A stretch of DNA of 64,000 nucleotides from Candidatus Krumholzibacteriota bacterium (GTDB lineage: Bacteria; Krumholzibacteriota; Krumholzibacteriia; JAJRXK01): contig CAWDWO010000008.1 of NCBI GenBank assembly GCA_963806035.1, positions 26,839-90,838 on the forward strand, written 5' to 3'. A model generated the notes under the pieces. The model worked only from the letters and a program-made list of their open reading frames with translations, searched no databases and was not told the DNA's origin. This document shows, one piece after another, positions 21,854-31,845 of this stretch; position 1 is the stretch's first letter, and each line of letters starts with the position of its first letter. The position numbers were made by a program, and so were the translations under genes.

Positions 21854-22888
21854 TCAGTAACTCGTTTCGCCCTGGCCGACTTTCCCGGCGAACTTGCGGT
21901 ACATCCAGCTCGAGTAAGCCATCGCGATGAGCATTCCGGGGATCCACCAGTAGAGTCCCAGCCGCAAGCCCGAGAGCGGAGCCGCCGCGTTGTGGATGTT
22001 CAAGCTCATTCCGGTTTCGTCCAGGGCCGGCAGCACCAGGGGATAGACGCCCGCCACCACCGCGCCCAACATTCCCGCCAGATAGGCGCATGAAGCGTAG
22101 AAGGTGCTCCGTTCTCCCCCTCGGCGCGGAAACCAGAAGAGCCCGCACAGTCCGGCGAGCGCGAGGAGAGGAAAGACGTAGCGCCAGGGCTGCGCGTTGA
22201 GATGCTGCAGAATGACCGGTTGAATTCTGAAGGTGACGACGGTGAGAACGAGGGTGAGAAGCAGTTGTACCGGTACAAGGGTTCCGATCGTGCGCTGCGA
22301 ACGATGCTGCACGGGACCGCTCGTCTTCAGGTTCAACCAGCTGGCTCCCTGCAGAGTCAGAGCAACCACCGCGGTCAGTCCCACCAAGACGGTATAGAAG
22401 TCCAGAACCCCCACGCTGTGTCGACCCCCCAACCACATCGGCGCGAAGAACCGGCCGCTTTCGTCCAACGGAACGCCGCGAACGACGTTGCCCAGTGCGA
22501 CTCCGAAAAACAGAGCCAACAGGAAGGAACTCAGCACGAAGATCGAATCCCATAGCGAACGCCAGATTGGCGCCTCGAGATGCGAGCGAAGTTCGATGGA
22601 GATCCCACGGCCCATCAAGAGCCACAACACCATGTTCAGCGGCAAATAAAACCCGCTGAACGCGCTGGCGTAGAGCAGAGGAAAGGCGAAGTAGAGAGTT
22701 CCTCCCGCGGCCAATAGCCACACTTCATTGCCGTCCCACACCGGCCCGATGGTGGCCAGGGCCATGCGGCGTTCCTCGTCGCTTCGCGCCACGAAGCGAT
22801 GCAAAATCCCCACGCCCAAATCGAACCCGTCCAGGAGCACGTACATCACGATCATGAAGGCCACGAAACAAAACCAGATCGTCTGCAA
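21854..22888 (-). CDS. cydB: Cytochrome bd oxidase subunit II
   Basis: LDGFDLGVG and PVWDGNEVWL. TTG start follows GGAGG. Confidence 0.95.
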   Translation of the reverse strand: MQTIWFCFVAFMIVMYVLLDGFDLGVGILHRFVARSDEERRMALATIGPVWDGNEVWLLAAGGTLYFAFPLLYASAFSGFYLPLNMVLWLLMGRGISIELRSHLEAPIWRSLWDSIFVLSSFLLALFFGVALGNVVRGVPLDESGRFFAPMWLGGRHSVGVLDFYTVLVGLTAVVALTLQGASWLNLKTSGPVQHRSQRTIGTLVPVQLLLTLVLTVVTFRIQPVILQHLNAQPWRYVFPLLALAGLCGLFWFPRRGGERSTFYASCAYLAGMLGAVVAGVYPLVLPALDETGMSLNIHNAAAPLSGLRLGLYWWIPGMLIAMAYSSWMYRKFAGKVGQGETSY

Positions 22889-22902
22889 GGGAATCCTCCC
22901 GG

Positions 22903-24234
22903 TCAGTGTGAAGCTTCGCCGCTGGGACCGCGCTGGATTTCGCGCCACATCAACAGGATGAAGAGGAGCGAGAGCAGAGTGTACATGCCCATGAATCCCA
23001 TGAGAGTGAAGATGCCGTTACCCGCCGAGACGGTGTCGCTGTAACCGTCTTGGGTGCGCAAAAGGCCGTACACGAGCCAGGGCTGCCTTCCGAGTTCCGC
23101 GGTGAGCCATCCCGCGGTGTTCGTGATGTAGGGAAAGGGAAACAGAATCACGAGAACCCACAAAAAGAAGCGGCTCTGAAAGAGCTTTCCCCGCGCGAGC
23201 CAGATCATGCTCAGACCCAAGAGCAGAATGAAGATGGTACCCAGGCCCACCATGATGTGGTACGCGAAGTAGAGAAGCGGAATGTTGTCGGGCCAGTCGC
23301 GCTCGGGAAAAGTAGTGAGCCCCGGCACTTCAGAGCGCAAACGGCTGGTGGTGAGAAAACTCAGCGCCCAAGGAATCTTGATCGGGTTGTCCAGACTGCG
23401 CCGTTCCACGTCGGGTTGACCGATCAGCACCAGCGGCGCTCCCGCCTCGCTCTCGAAGAGCCCCTCCATCGCGGCCAGAGCGACCGGTTGGTGCTTCGCC
23501 ACCATCCTCGCGTGAAAATCACCAGTGGGAAAAGCCAGGGCGATGGCCGCGATCAGTCCGGCCGGCACGCCCACGCGCAAGAAGCGCCGGGCCACTTGCA
23601 CTTCACGGTCTTGCAGGAGGTAGAAGGCACCGGTCGCGCTCACGAAGATGGCGGCGGTGACCGTGGTGCCCATCATCGTATGCAGGTACTGCCAGAGTCC
23701 CCAGGGATTCAAGAGGAACTGACTCAAACTCGTCAGAGCCACTCCCCCATTCGCCATGAGCTCGAAGCCGCGTGGATACTGCATCCAGGCATCGGTGATC
23801 ACGATGAAGTAACCGGACAACCACGAACCGACGAAAACCAAGAGCGAGGCGATCCAGTGGATGCGCGGACCGAAACGCTTTTCACCGAAGAGGAGAATTC
23901 CCAAGAAACTCGATTCGAGGAAGAACGCAAAGACGCCTTCCATGGCCAAGCTCTGCCCGATCACACCCCCGGCGAATATGGAGAAACGGGACCAGTTGGT
24001 GCCGAACTGGAACTCCAGGGGAATGCCCGTGACGACCCCCATCGCAAAATTGATCGCGAAGAGTCGAATCCAGAAACGCGCGGCTTGGTTCCACTCTTCC
24101 TTTTGCGTTTTGATGGCCAGGCTCTTCATCAAGAAGATGAGCAGCGCCAGGCCCATGGTGAGTTGCGGAAAGAGGTAGTGGTAGGTGACGGTGAACGCGA
24201 AGTGGAAACGGTGAACGGCGAGCGCAGTGTCCAT
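22903..24234 (-). CDS. cydA: Cytochrome bd oxidase subunit I
   Basis: Motifs HYLF, GVVTGIPLEFQFGTNW, AFFLES, QPVALAAMEG and ELGRQPW. Confidence 0.95.
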   Translation of the reverse strand: MDTALAVHRFHFAFTVTYHYLFPQLTMGLALLIFLMKSLAIKTQKEEWNQAARFWIRLFAINFAMGVVTGIPLEFQFGTNWSRFSIFAGGVIGQSLAMEGVFAFFLESSFLGILLFGEKRFGPRIHWIASLLVFVGSWLSGYFIVITDAWMQYPRGFELMANGGVALTSLSQFLLNPWGLWQYLHTMMGTTVTAAIFVSATGAFYLLQDREVQVARRFLRVGVPAGLIAAIALAFPTGDFHARMVAKHQPVALAAMEGLFESEAGAPLVLIGQPDVERRSLDNPIKIPWALSFLTTSRLRSEVPGLTTFPERDWPDNIPLLYFAYHIMVGLGTIFILLLGLSMIWLARGKLFQSRFFLWVLVILFPFPYITNTAGWLTAELGRQPWLVYGLLRTQDGYSDTVSAGNGIFTLMGFMGMYTLLSLLFILLMWREIQRGPSGEASH

Positions 24235-24498
24235 CTTTTCGTCCGTACCTTCCTGAGAAGAGACCGGGACTTGGAATCCGGCGCCCGTTCGTGACACGAG
24301 CGAAGCTCGGTTCGTCCATCCGTCCCAAGAACGTCACTGGCGAATGTGATACAAGGATCTGAGGGAGACAAGAACTTCCCTGCGGGACTCGTCGAAAGTG
24401 AGAGGAGAAAATCTTCGTCGGCTTGCGGCTTCTGTGAATCGCGCTTATCTCTGGGCCAAACCGCCGCCAATCGAAGAGTCTCACAGGAGGAAGCATCG

Positions 24499-25086
24499 AT
24501 GTCCCTGGTCGGCAAGCAAGCCCCGGATTTCACTCTCGAGGGCTATTTCAACAAGAACTTCGAGACCTTCAAGCTCAGCGATTATCGCGGCAAGTGGGTC
24601 TACCTGCTCTACTACCCCCTCGATTTCACTTTCGTGTGCCCCACCGAAGTACTCGAGTTCAGCAAGATGGCGGCGGAGTTCCGCAAGCTGAACTGTGCAC
24701 TGTTCGGCATCTCCATCGACAGCAAGTTCGTCCACAAGGCCTGGGTGGACGGAAAGACCGAGGACGGCGCCCTGGGCGGGAGCCTCGACTATCCTCTGCT
24801 GGCGGACGTCAAGAAGACGACGGCGGCCAACTACGGAGTCCTTCTGGAAGAATCGGGAGTTGCCCTGCGGGGACTCTTCCTCATCAGCCCCGATGGCACC
24901 GTCATGCAGGAGACGATCAACAACCTATCGGTAGGCCGGAACGCCAAGGAGGCTATCCGTCTGCTGAAGGCCTTCCAGTACGTCACCAGCCACGAGGGCG
25001 AGGTGTGCCCCGCGAGCTGGGATGAAGGCTCGGATACGATGAAGGCCAGCTCGGAAGGTATGGCGGAGTACCTCAGCAGCCACTGA
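24499..25086 (+). CDS. ahpC: 2-Cys peroxiredoxin
   Basis: YPLDFTFVCPTE and EVCPASW, with an AGGAGG RBS. Confidence 0.93.
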   Translation: MSLVGKQAPDFTLEGYFNKNFETFKLSDYRGKWVYLLYYPLDFTFVCPTEVLEFSKMAAEFRKLNCALFGISIDSKFVHKAWVDGKTEDGALGGSLDYPLLADVKKTTAANYGVLLEESGVALRGLFLISPDGTVMQETINNLSVGRNAKEAIRLLKAFQYVTSHEGEVCPASWDEGSDTMKASSEGMAEYLSSH

Positions 25087-25130
25087 GAACCATCGCCCAA
25101 CGAGAGTTGATCTCAGGCTGAGAAAAGCGC

Positions 25131-25162
25131 GAGGGCGGAGCCGGATGGCTCCGCCCTCTTTG
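25131..25162 (+). terminator. Rho-independent terminator-like hairpin
   Basis: Perfect 12-bp stem GAGGGCGGAGCC-ggat-GGCTCCGCCCTC followed by TTTG, between convergent genes. Confidence 0.75.
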
Positions 25163-25225
25163 TGTCGCCATGGGCTTCTGAGCGATTCAGGATTCGCCCC
25201 GCGACGAGTCCGAAGAAGTGGCTCC

Positions 25226-25507
25226 TCAGTGAAGCTCGAGTTCGGCCAGGCGCTGCAAGCTGCGCACGCTTTCGGTGGGTACCACGACGCGCGGAATGTC
25301 ACCGCGCTGACCCACCATGCTCACGCGTTTGAGGTACTCGTCGCGGCTCAAGCTGCTCTCTCCCTCGACGTGAGCCTCCACGTCCAGAAGAACCACCTGC
25401 TGGGGAGTGACGGTGTCACAGCGACCGACGAAAAGTTCCGGTCCATCGGTCACGACCACCACGGTGATTCCGTGCAACTCGCCCTTGTCGTGATGAAAAG
25501 TGCCCAT
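25226..25507 (-). CDS. Small hypothetical beta-rich protein (93 aa)
   Basis: GAGGG RBS; starts 25 bp after the bacilliredoxin stop on the same strand. Confidence 0.7.
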   Translation of the reverse strand: MGTFHHDKGELHGITVVVVTDGPELFVGRCDTVTPQQVVLLDVEAHVEGESSLSRDEYLKRVSMVGQRGDIPRVVVPTESVRSLQRLAELELH

Positions 25508-25532
25508 GTGTTCCCTCTCGAGCCCTTCGTGC

Positions 25533-25958
25533 TCAGGCCGTCACGCAGTGCTTCTGGAAGGCCTCGGTGAGCTCCTGTGCGATCTCCTGCGCGCTGCGGC
25601 TCTCGATGCGATGCCGGGGCAAGAAGTGCACGATCTCACCGTTCTTGAACATCACCATGCTGGGGCTGCTCGGCGGAAACTCGGCGAAGTGAGACCTGGC
25701 CTGCGCCGTGGCCTCGACATCCTGTCCCGCGAAGACCGTGGCCACCCTGGCAGGACGCGCCGAGTGCTTGAGCGCCAGCTCCACCGCGGGCCGAGCCTGG
25801 CCAGCGGCACAGCCACAGACGCTGTTGATGATGAGAAGTCCGGGGCTATCGTTCTGGGCCATCCACTCGTCCACCGCGGCGGCGGTGGTGAGTTCCTGAA
25901 CCCCGAGACGAGTGAGCTCCTCACGCATGGGAGCTACCAGCTGCGGATCGTACGGCAT
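25533..25958 (-). CDS. BrxA/BrxB family bacilliredoxin
   Basis: Motifs PMREELT, INSVCGCAAG.ARP, TVFAGQD and PPSSPS. Confidence 0.92.
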   Translation of the reverse strand: MPYDPQLVAPMREELTRLGVQELTTAAAVDEWMAQNDSPGLLIINSVCGCAAGQARPAVELALKHSARPARVATVFAGQDVEATAQARSHFAEFPPSSPSMVMFKNGEIVHFLPRHRIESRSAQEIAQELTEAFQKHCVTA

Positions 25959-26189
25959 GCAAATCACTCCTTGTGGACAACCGCGGACGGGGGTGCGGTA
26001 TTGAAAACCGATTTCAATCCCCCACTAGCTAGACCAAAAGAGCTGCTGCGGCAAGGCAAAGAGCGCTTTGGACTTGCCAAATCGGGCGCTCGTGATCTTC
26101 CTTAGCGCTCGGGGAAGCGGGAACGGACCCGGCCCCGGCGCGTTTCAGGCTTAGGAGATTTCAGAGTCGTATCCCAGGGGAAGTGAGCC

Positions 26190-26915
26190 ATGATGGACCA
26201 ATCGCGTTCCTTCGATCTTCAAGAGCGCCAACGCATCCTCAGCCGCAGCTCGGTGGAGGCGCGGACCTCCTTCCTCAGCCAGGTCTACGCCTGGATGTGC
26301 ACCGGCCTGGTCGTGACCGCCCTCACCGCCTATGGCCTGCTCCAGAACCGCGAGCTGATGGCCCAGCTGGTGGGCGGTCAGGGACGCTTTCTGCTTTTGA
26401 TCGGGTTGCAACTCGGAGCGGTGATCGTGCTGGCCGCGGCCTTCCAGAGGCTCTCCTTCGCGGCGGCGGCAGGGCTCTTCCTGCTGTACTCGGCCCTGAC
26501 GGGGGTGACCTTCTCCACTCTCTTCCTCGTCTACACCGGAGCCAGTATCGCCTCGGTGTTCTTCATCACCGCCGGTACCTTCGGCGCGGTCAGCTTCTAT
26601 GGAATGACGACCAAGCGCGATCTATCGGGCTGGGGCTCTTACCTCTTCATGGGTCTCATCGGCATCATCGTCGCCTCGCTGGTCAACCTCTTCCTCCACA
26701 GCGATGGTCTGACGATGGCGGTGTCCTATCTGGCTGTCTTGATCTTCACCGGTCTGACCGCCTACGACACCCAGCGCCTGATGCTCGTGCACGAATCCGG
26801 AAGGGCCCACGGGCGCGCGGGATCGAAGTTGGCGGTCTACGGCGCGCTGCAGCTCTACCTCGATTTCATCAACCTCTTCCTGGCGCTGCTGCGCATCATG
26901 GGCCGGAGGCGCTGA
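26190..26915 (+). CDS. Bax inhibitor-1/YccA family membrane protein
   Basis: Seven TM segments with TKRDLS, TAYDTQ and ALQLYLDFINLF. Confidence 0.92.
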   Translation: MMDQSRSFDLQERQRILSRSSVEARTSFLSQVYAWMCTGLVVTALTAYGLLQNRELMAQLVGGQGRFLLLIGLQLGAVIVLAAAFQRLSFAAAAGLFLLYSALTGVTFSTLFLVYTGASIASVFFITAGTFGAVSFYGMTTKRDLSGWGSYLFMGLIGIIVASLVNLFLHSDGLTMAVSYLAVLIFTGLTAYDTQRLMLVHESGRAHGRAGSKLAVYGALQLYLDFINLFLALLRIMGRRR

Positions 26916-26941
26916 GAGAGCGGCGCGAAGGCGAGTTTCTC

Positions 26942-28225
26942 TCAGGGATTCCGCGTGTTCTCCTCCAGGCGGTGAATCTTGCCCTGCGCGGCGTATTCCA
27001 AAACGTAGAGACTGCCGTCCGCCCCCAGACCGAAGGAGGAGATGCGGAAGGGTGCGTCCAGCAGCTTCTTTAGTTTCTGAGCGTCGTGGTCGATGGCCCA
27101 GATGCGGCCGGAGGAAAAGTCGCCGAATACGTAACGGCCCTCTAGCGAACTCAGATTGGCTCCCCGCACCAGGTAGCCGCCAGTGATCGAGGCATTGCCC
27201 TCGGTGTGCGGATACTCGTACAGGGGATCCAGGAAGGGGCCGGCCGAGGAGCACTGCGGCGAAGGGCCGTCGGGAGGTCCCAGGTAGTCATGGGCTCCCT
27301 CGCGGCAGTCCCAACCGTAGTTGCCGCCCTTGACGATGCGATCGACTTCTTCCCACGTGCCCTGCCCCACTTCTCCCGCCCAGAGTTCTCCGCTTGGGGC
27401 GTCGTAGGAAATGCGCCAGGGATTGCGCAGTCCATAGGCGAAGATCTCCTCCTTGAAGCCCTCACTGTTCCCCACGAAGGGGTTGTCGGCTGGAATCGCG
27501 TAGTAGGGTGGAGTGTTTTCGTTGGCTCCCACGTCGATGCGCAGGATCGAACCGAGGTAATTTGTACGGTCCTGGGCGGAGTCCACCGGATTTCCCCCGC
27601 CACCTCCATCGCCCAGACTCAGGTAGAGTTCGTTCCCCACTCCGAAGCACATCCCACCCCCGTTGTGGTTGGAGAAAGGTTCGTCGAACTGCCTGAGAAT
27701 GACCTCACTGGAGGCTTGCGCGCTGAGCCCGTCGCTGTCCGCCGTGAAGCGCGCGAGGCGGCTGTGATAGCCCGACGCATCCGAGGTGGTGTAGTACACG
27801 TAGAACCAGCGGGAACTCTCGTAGTCGGGACGAAAGGCCAGGCCCAGAAGTCCCAACTCGCTGGACGCACTGGCGACGCTGTCGGCAATGTCCAGGAAGA
27901 GCGTCGCGCGCGAGGAGTCCGCGGGATCGAGCATGAGGATTTTTCCCTGCTTCTCCACCACGAACAGCCGTTGCCCCAGACCCGGGGCCGCGCACAGCCC
28001 CACCGGGTTTTCCAGGCTGACCTGGGGATAGACGCTCGTGAGCTTGTAGTCGTAGAGCTTGGGTGTCGGCGAAACGGAATCCGAACAGCCGGCGAGGGAA
28101 GCCAGGAGCACCAGGATTGCGCAAGCGGTGGAGGGAAGGGCGCGACGCAGGAAGCGGCAGGCCCTGCGCGGGCTAAAGGACACGCGAATCGACACGAAGG
28201 CGCCTTTCGGCCGGGGAGAATCCAA
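26942..28225 (-). CDS. PQQ-dependent sugar dehydrogenase family lipoprotein (GSDH)
   Basis: Lipobox LAGC. Motifs ELGLLGLAF, NHNGG, GLRNPWR and GGNYGW. Start uncertain. Confidence 0.88.
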   Translation of the reverse strand: MDSPRPKGAFVSIRVSFSPRRACRFLRRALPSTACAILVLLASLAGCSDSVSPTPKLYDYKLTSVYPQVSLENPVGLCAAPGLGQRLFVVEKQGKILMLDPADSSRATLFLDIADSVASASSELGLLGLAFRPDYESSRWFYVYYTTSDASGYHSRLARFTADSDGLSAQASSEVILRQFDEPFSNHNGGGMCFGVGNELYLSLGDGGGGGNPVDSAQDRTNYLGSILRIDVGANENTPPYYAIPADNPFVGNSEGFKEEIFAYGLRNPWRISYDAPSGELWAGEVGQGTWEEVDRIVKGGNYGWDCREGAHDYLGPPDGPSPQCSSAGPFLDPLYEYPHTEGNASITGGYLVRGANLSSLEGRYVFGDFSSGRIWAIDHDAQKLKKLLDAPFRISSFGLGADGSLYVLEYAAQGKIHRLEENTRNP

Positions 28226-28285
28226 GCACAGTCTAGGCGAAACTCCGCGGAACTGCGCCCGCCCCCGTGCCGCATGCGGTCAAGC

Positions 28286-30907
28286 TCAGAACTTCTGACG
28301 ACCTCCGTCGTGGATTTCCACGGGATCGGCGCGCAGCACCGGCTGCCCCGGTGAGTGGAAGAGAGCGCGCAAGAAACGCAGCTCCTTCTCGCTCAGGCCC
28401 ATCCACGGGCCCAGGGGGCGCAGCGGTCCTCCGGAGAGCGAATCGAGCGCCAGCTCCCCCCCCAGCGAGGGCAAGAGATTCGGCCGCAGAGCCGCCAGGT
28501 TGAACGCTCCCAGGCTGGGACCCTCCGCCAAGCTCACTTCTCTCTCAGGGGGAATACCCGCCAGATCCTTGGCCACCTGAATCGCTTTCCAGAGCCCTCC
28601 GATCTCATCCACGAGACCCTCGCTCAGCCCGCGCCGCCCGCTCCAGATGCGCCCCTGCCCCACCGAATCGACGTGCGCCTCGCTCAGGCCCCTTCCCTTG
28701 GCCACCTGGCTGACGAAATCGCCGTACATCGCGCGGATGGTCTGTTCCACCCGCTCCTGCTCCTTGTGATCGAGAGGGCGGTACGGCACCGTCACGCCGA
28801 GGAAGGGGAGCTGGATACCGCCGCCCATGTCGGCGTGCGCGCCCCGCTGAACCTGGCTGTAGTCGAAGCCGATCTTCTCGGAGAAACCCTTGTCGTAGAT
28901 CCAACCCCCGATCACTCCGATGCTGCCGGTGAGGGTGAGTGGCGAGGCGAGCAGCGAATCGCAGTACATGCTGATCCAGTACCCGCCGGAAGCGGCGACG
29001 TTGCCCTGGCTCACGACGACCGGCTTCTCCTTCATGGTCTTCAGCATTGCCCGCGCGACCATGTCACTGGGCAGAGGGTCCCCCCCCGGGGAATCGACGC
29101 GCAGGATCAGCGCCTTGACCGTCGGATCTCTGCGCGCCTGTTCGATCTGTTTGCTCAGTCGGCGTCCCTCGATCCCCTCATCCATCGCGCACTCGCCGAT
29201 GGCATAGAGCACCGCGATCCTGTCTGGTTCGCCCCACTCGGCCCTTCGCCAGCGGGGGTCCCCCGTGACACTCAAAAGGGAGTGTTTCCTCGCGGGCTGA
29301 GTCGCCGGAGTCGTATCGCTCTCCGTCCCCTTCTCGGCCCCCTTGCGGGCCTCCTCGTAGCTCCCCACCTCGTCGACCAGGTGCAACTGCAGTGCTTCGG
29401 GCGCCCGCAAAAAACCGCGGGTGTCGACGATCTCGTCGAACTGAGAGCTGCTGAGTCCGCGAGCGGAGCAGATCAAAGAGCGCGCCTCTTCGTAGTAATC
29501 GTCCAGCAGCGCCTGGCGCTGCTCTCGATCCGCCTCGCTCTGGGAGCTGCGGGAGAGCACTTCGAAGGCCGACTTGTACTTGAAGTAGCGCCACGCCTCG
29601 ACCCCCAGTCCCAGCTTGGTGAGGGCGTCATGGTAATAGGTTTTTCCCCAACTCAATCCGCGCAGGTCCAGGTCGCCTTGGGGATCGAGCCAGATCTCGT
29701 CCGCGCAACTCGCCAGCATTGTGCCCATGAGCGTCAGGCGATCGGCATAGACCACGACGGTCTTGCCGCGCGCCCGAAACTCCTCGAGCTGCTCCCTCAG
29801 CTCCCAGAGCATCTCGCTGCTGATCTGCATTCCGGAGAGATTGAGCACGAGACGATCGACGCGCGGCTCATCGGCCCAGTCGGCGATGCGCGTGAGAGTG
29901 GACAGGAGGGTGTTGCGATCATCGAAGTAGCGGTAGCGGCGATAGGGCATGGCGCCCTTCAACGAGAGTTCCACCGTGGAACCGCTCTTTAGAGCCGCGT
30001 GCGACAGGCACAGTGGCGCATCCACTTGCGCGCCGAGCTGGATCGAGTAGACCTTCTGCAGCACTCGATTCTCGTCCATCTCCACGATCGAACTGGCCCT
30101 GGATCCCCCATCGAAGCTCAGGGCGAGTCCGAAGCCAAAGACGCCGCCGTCGCGGTAGCGAAGGCTGGCGCGCAGGCCGGGCACGATCTGGCTTTCGATT
30201 CCCAGACCGCCCCGCCACTCGGCCCTCTCGGTGTCGTCGGGGCGGGCGCTCAGTTCGCCGAAGAATGTCCAGGCCGGTCCGAAGGGTCGCAATCCCAGAT
30301 CGGTCTGAGCCGCGAGTTTACCCGTTTGCAAATCCCAGTCGCCGTTGAGCCCGAAGGAGGCGAAACGGCGTCGCTCGATGAGACCCGCGCTCATCCGGCG
30401 ATGGCGCGGCATCAGATCCCGATCCCCACCAGCCCAAGAATACGCCAGCCCGAGCGCATGGGAGCGGTTGCCTCCGCTCAGCGCGAGGGAATATTCGTTC
30501 ACGGTGGGGCGATCCACCTCAAGGTCCTGCAGGAATGGCGAAGCACTGGAGCGCCCCTCAAAATCGAAGCGCCGGTAGGAGAAACTCAACGCGGGCAAGG
30601 AGACGATGGCGGCCAGATCGTGCGATTCCAAGAAGAGTGGACGGTCGAGGGGGTGCACGCGGAGCTGATCGTTCCTCTTCCAGCCGAAGTAGATTCCCGA
30701 CTTGGATCCGCTGCCGAAGGCCGCCGGATTGAAGAGCCCCGCCGCCAGACTGGAAGAGGTTCCCGGCGGGCTGGCGAGCCAGCTCGATTCCGTGGCGTAA
30801 TCGGGGAGTCCATCGTCCTTCGCGGCCCGAGCAGGGCGGACCGAAGCTGAGATGAGGAACAGGCTCAAAAGGAAAAGTGAAGCTGCATGGGGACGGAGGC
30901 ACTGCAT
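28286..30907 (-). CDS. sppA: Signal peptide peptidase SppA (S49, tandem domains) with an extra N-terminal beta-strand domain
   Basis: Motifs KYKSAFE, LRVDSPGG, AASGGYW, TGSIGV and GQGRIWSG. About 300 extra N-terminal residues follow a signal peptide. Confidence 0.88.
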   Translation of the reverse strand: MQCLRPHAASLFLLSLFLISASVRPARAAKDDGLPDYATESSWLASPPGTSSSLAAGLFNPAAFGSGSKSGIYFGWKRNDQLRVHPLDRPLFLESHDLAAIVSLPALSFSYRRFDFEGRSSASPFLQDLEVDRPTVNEYSLALSGGNRSHALGLAYSWAGGDRDLMPRHRRMSAGLIERRRFASFGLNGDWDLQTGKLAAQTDLGLRPFGPAWTFFGELSARPDDTERAEWRGGLGIESQIVPGLRASLRYRDGGVFGFGLALSFDGGSRASSIVEMDENRVLQKVYSIQLGAQVDAPLCLSHAALKSGSTVELSLKGAMPYRRYRYFDDRNTLLSTLTRIADWADEPRVDRLVLNLSGMQISSEMLWELREQLEEFRARGKTVVVYADRLTLMGTMLASCADEIWLDPQGDLDLRGLSWGKTYYHDALTKLGLGVEAWRYFKYKSAFEVLSRSSQSEADREQRQALLDDYYEEARSLICSARGLSSSQFDEIVDTRGFLRAPEALQLHLVDEVGSYEEARKGAEKGTESDTTPATQPARKHSLLSVTGDPRWRRAEWGEPDRIAVLYAIGECAMDEGIEGRRLSKQIEQARRDPTVKALILRVDSPGGDPLPSDMVARAMLKTMKEKPVVVSQGNVAASGGYWISMYCDSLLASPLTLTGSIGVIGGWIYDKGFSEKIGFDYSQVQRGAHADMGGGIQLPFLGVTVPYRPLDHKEQERVEQTIRAMYGDFVSQVAKGRGLSEAHVDSVGQGRIWSGRRGLSEGLVDEIGGLWKAIQVAKDLAGIPPEREVSLAEGPSLGAFNLAALRPNLLPSLGGELALDSLSGGPLRPLGPWMGLSEKELRFLRALFHSPGQPVLRADPVEIHDGGRQKF

Positions 30908-31045
30908 CTCTCTTACTTCCTCGGTTTCGCTGGAGGCTACGCGGCGGAGCCTAAGACTTTCGCGCTTCTCGCACAAGACGAGCCCTCACTTGCCGGATGA
31001 GCCCTAGCGGGGCATGCTCCTCTTCCCGCGGTCACGGAGGCGGCC

Positions 31046-31732
31046 ATGAATCCTTCCCGCAGTCTCATGTTTTTCTCACTCGGCTTCGCCGTCTTTCTCT
31101 TGAGCCCGGCGTACCTCGTGGCCTCCGCGCCCCCCGAGGGACTTCTGCGCGTGGGAGACCTGCTCGATCTCTTCACTCCGCTGGTTTTGGTGCCTCTTTA
31201 CGCTCTCCTCTTGTACCAGCGTGACGGCGCCTGGCCCCGCTGGCCCAAGATGCTTCTGTTCCTCCTGCTCTGCGCCGCCTGGGTCGAAGGACATTCGGTC
31301 CACCTGGCCGCGAATGCCCTGGGACATTTGCTCGATGCCCAGCCGCCGAGCGCGGCCTACCGCCTGGACTACTTCCTGGACGAACACCTGAGTCACGTGG
31401 TGTGGCATGCCGCCATCATCCTGCTCGCGTGCCTGCTCTTGGTGCGGGGCAAACTCGAAATGGAAGTTTCGCGGTTGAGCTGCATCGTGAGTGCCGTGCC
31501 CTACGGATTCAGCTATTTCGCGATCACGGTCGAGGGACAGACTTCTGCGATGGGAATCGTCGCGGCGCTGGCGCTCTCGGGATTCATCGCTTCGAAGTTC
31601 AGAGAACGTCGACGAGATGCATACTCCGTCTTCTTTCTCATCGCGCACTTGCTGGCGCTCATCCTCTACCTGATCTGGTTTCTGATGAACGGGGGGCTGC
31701 CCCAGTTCAGCGAAGTTGGTCTATTGAAATGA
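31046..31732 (+). CDS. Hypothetical multi-pass membrane protein
   Basis: GGAGG RBS and about 7 TM segments, with intramembrane His motifs EGHSVHLAAN and DEHLSHVVWH. Confidence 0.7.
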   Translation: MNPSRSLMFFSLGFAVFLLSPAYLVASAPPEGLLRVGDLLDLFTPLVLVPLYALLLYQRDGAWPRWPKMLLFLLLCAAWVEGHSVHLAANALGHLLDAQPPSAAYRLDYFLDEHLSHVVWHAAIILLACLLLVRGKLEMEVSRLSCIVSAVPYGFSYFAITVEGQTSAMGIVAALALSGFIASKFRERRRDAYSVFFLIAHLLALILYLIWFLMNGGLPQFSEVGLLK

Positions 31733-31845
31733 AGAGACTGCCAACGAGAAGAGACCGCCCCAAAAGGAACGGCCTCTCATTCTTGCTGCCGGCGCGGCGC
31801 AGCTGCTAAAGGGCGTGCGCCGCGGGAGCAGGAAAACGCGGGTTT

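Noticed and set aside
24235..24498. Possible Rex/FNR site between cydA and ahpC (TCGTGACACGA, TGTGA words)
   Set aside because: No adequate match to either palindromic consensus.
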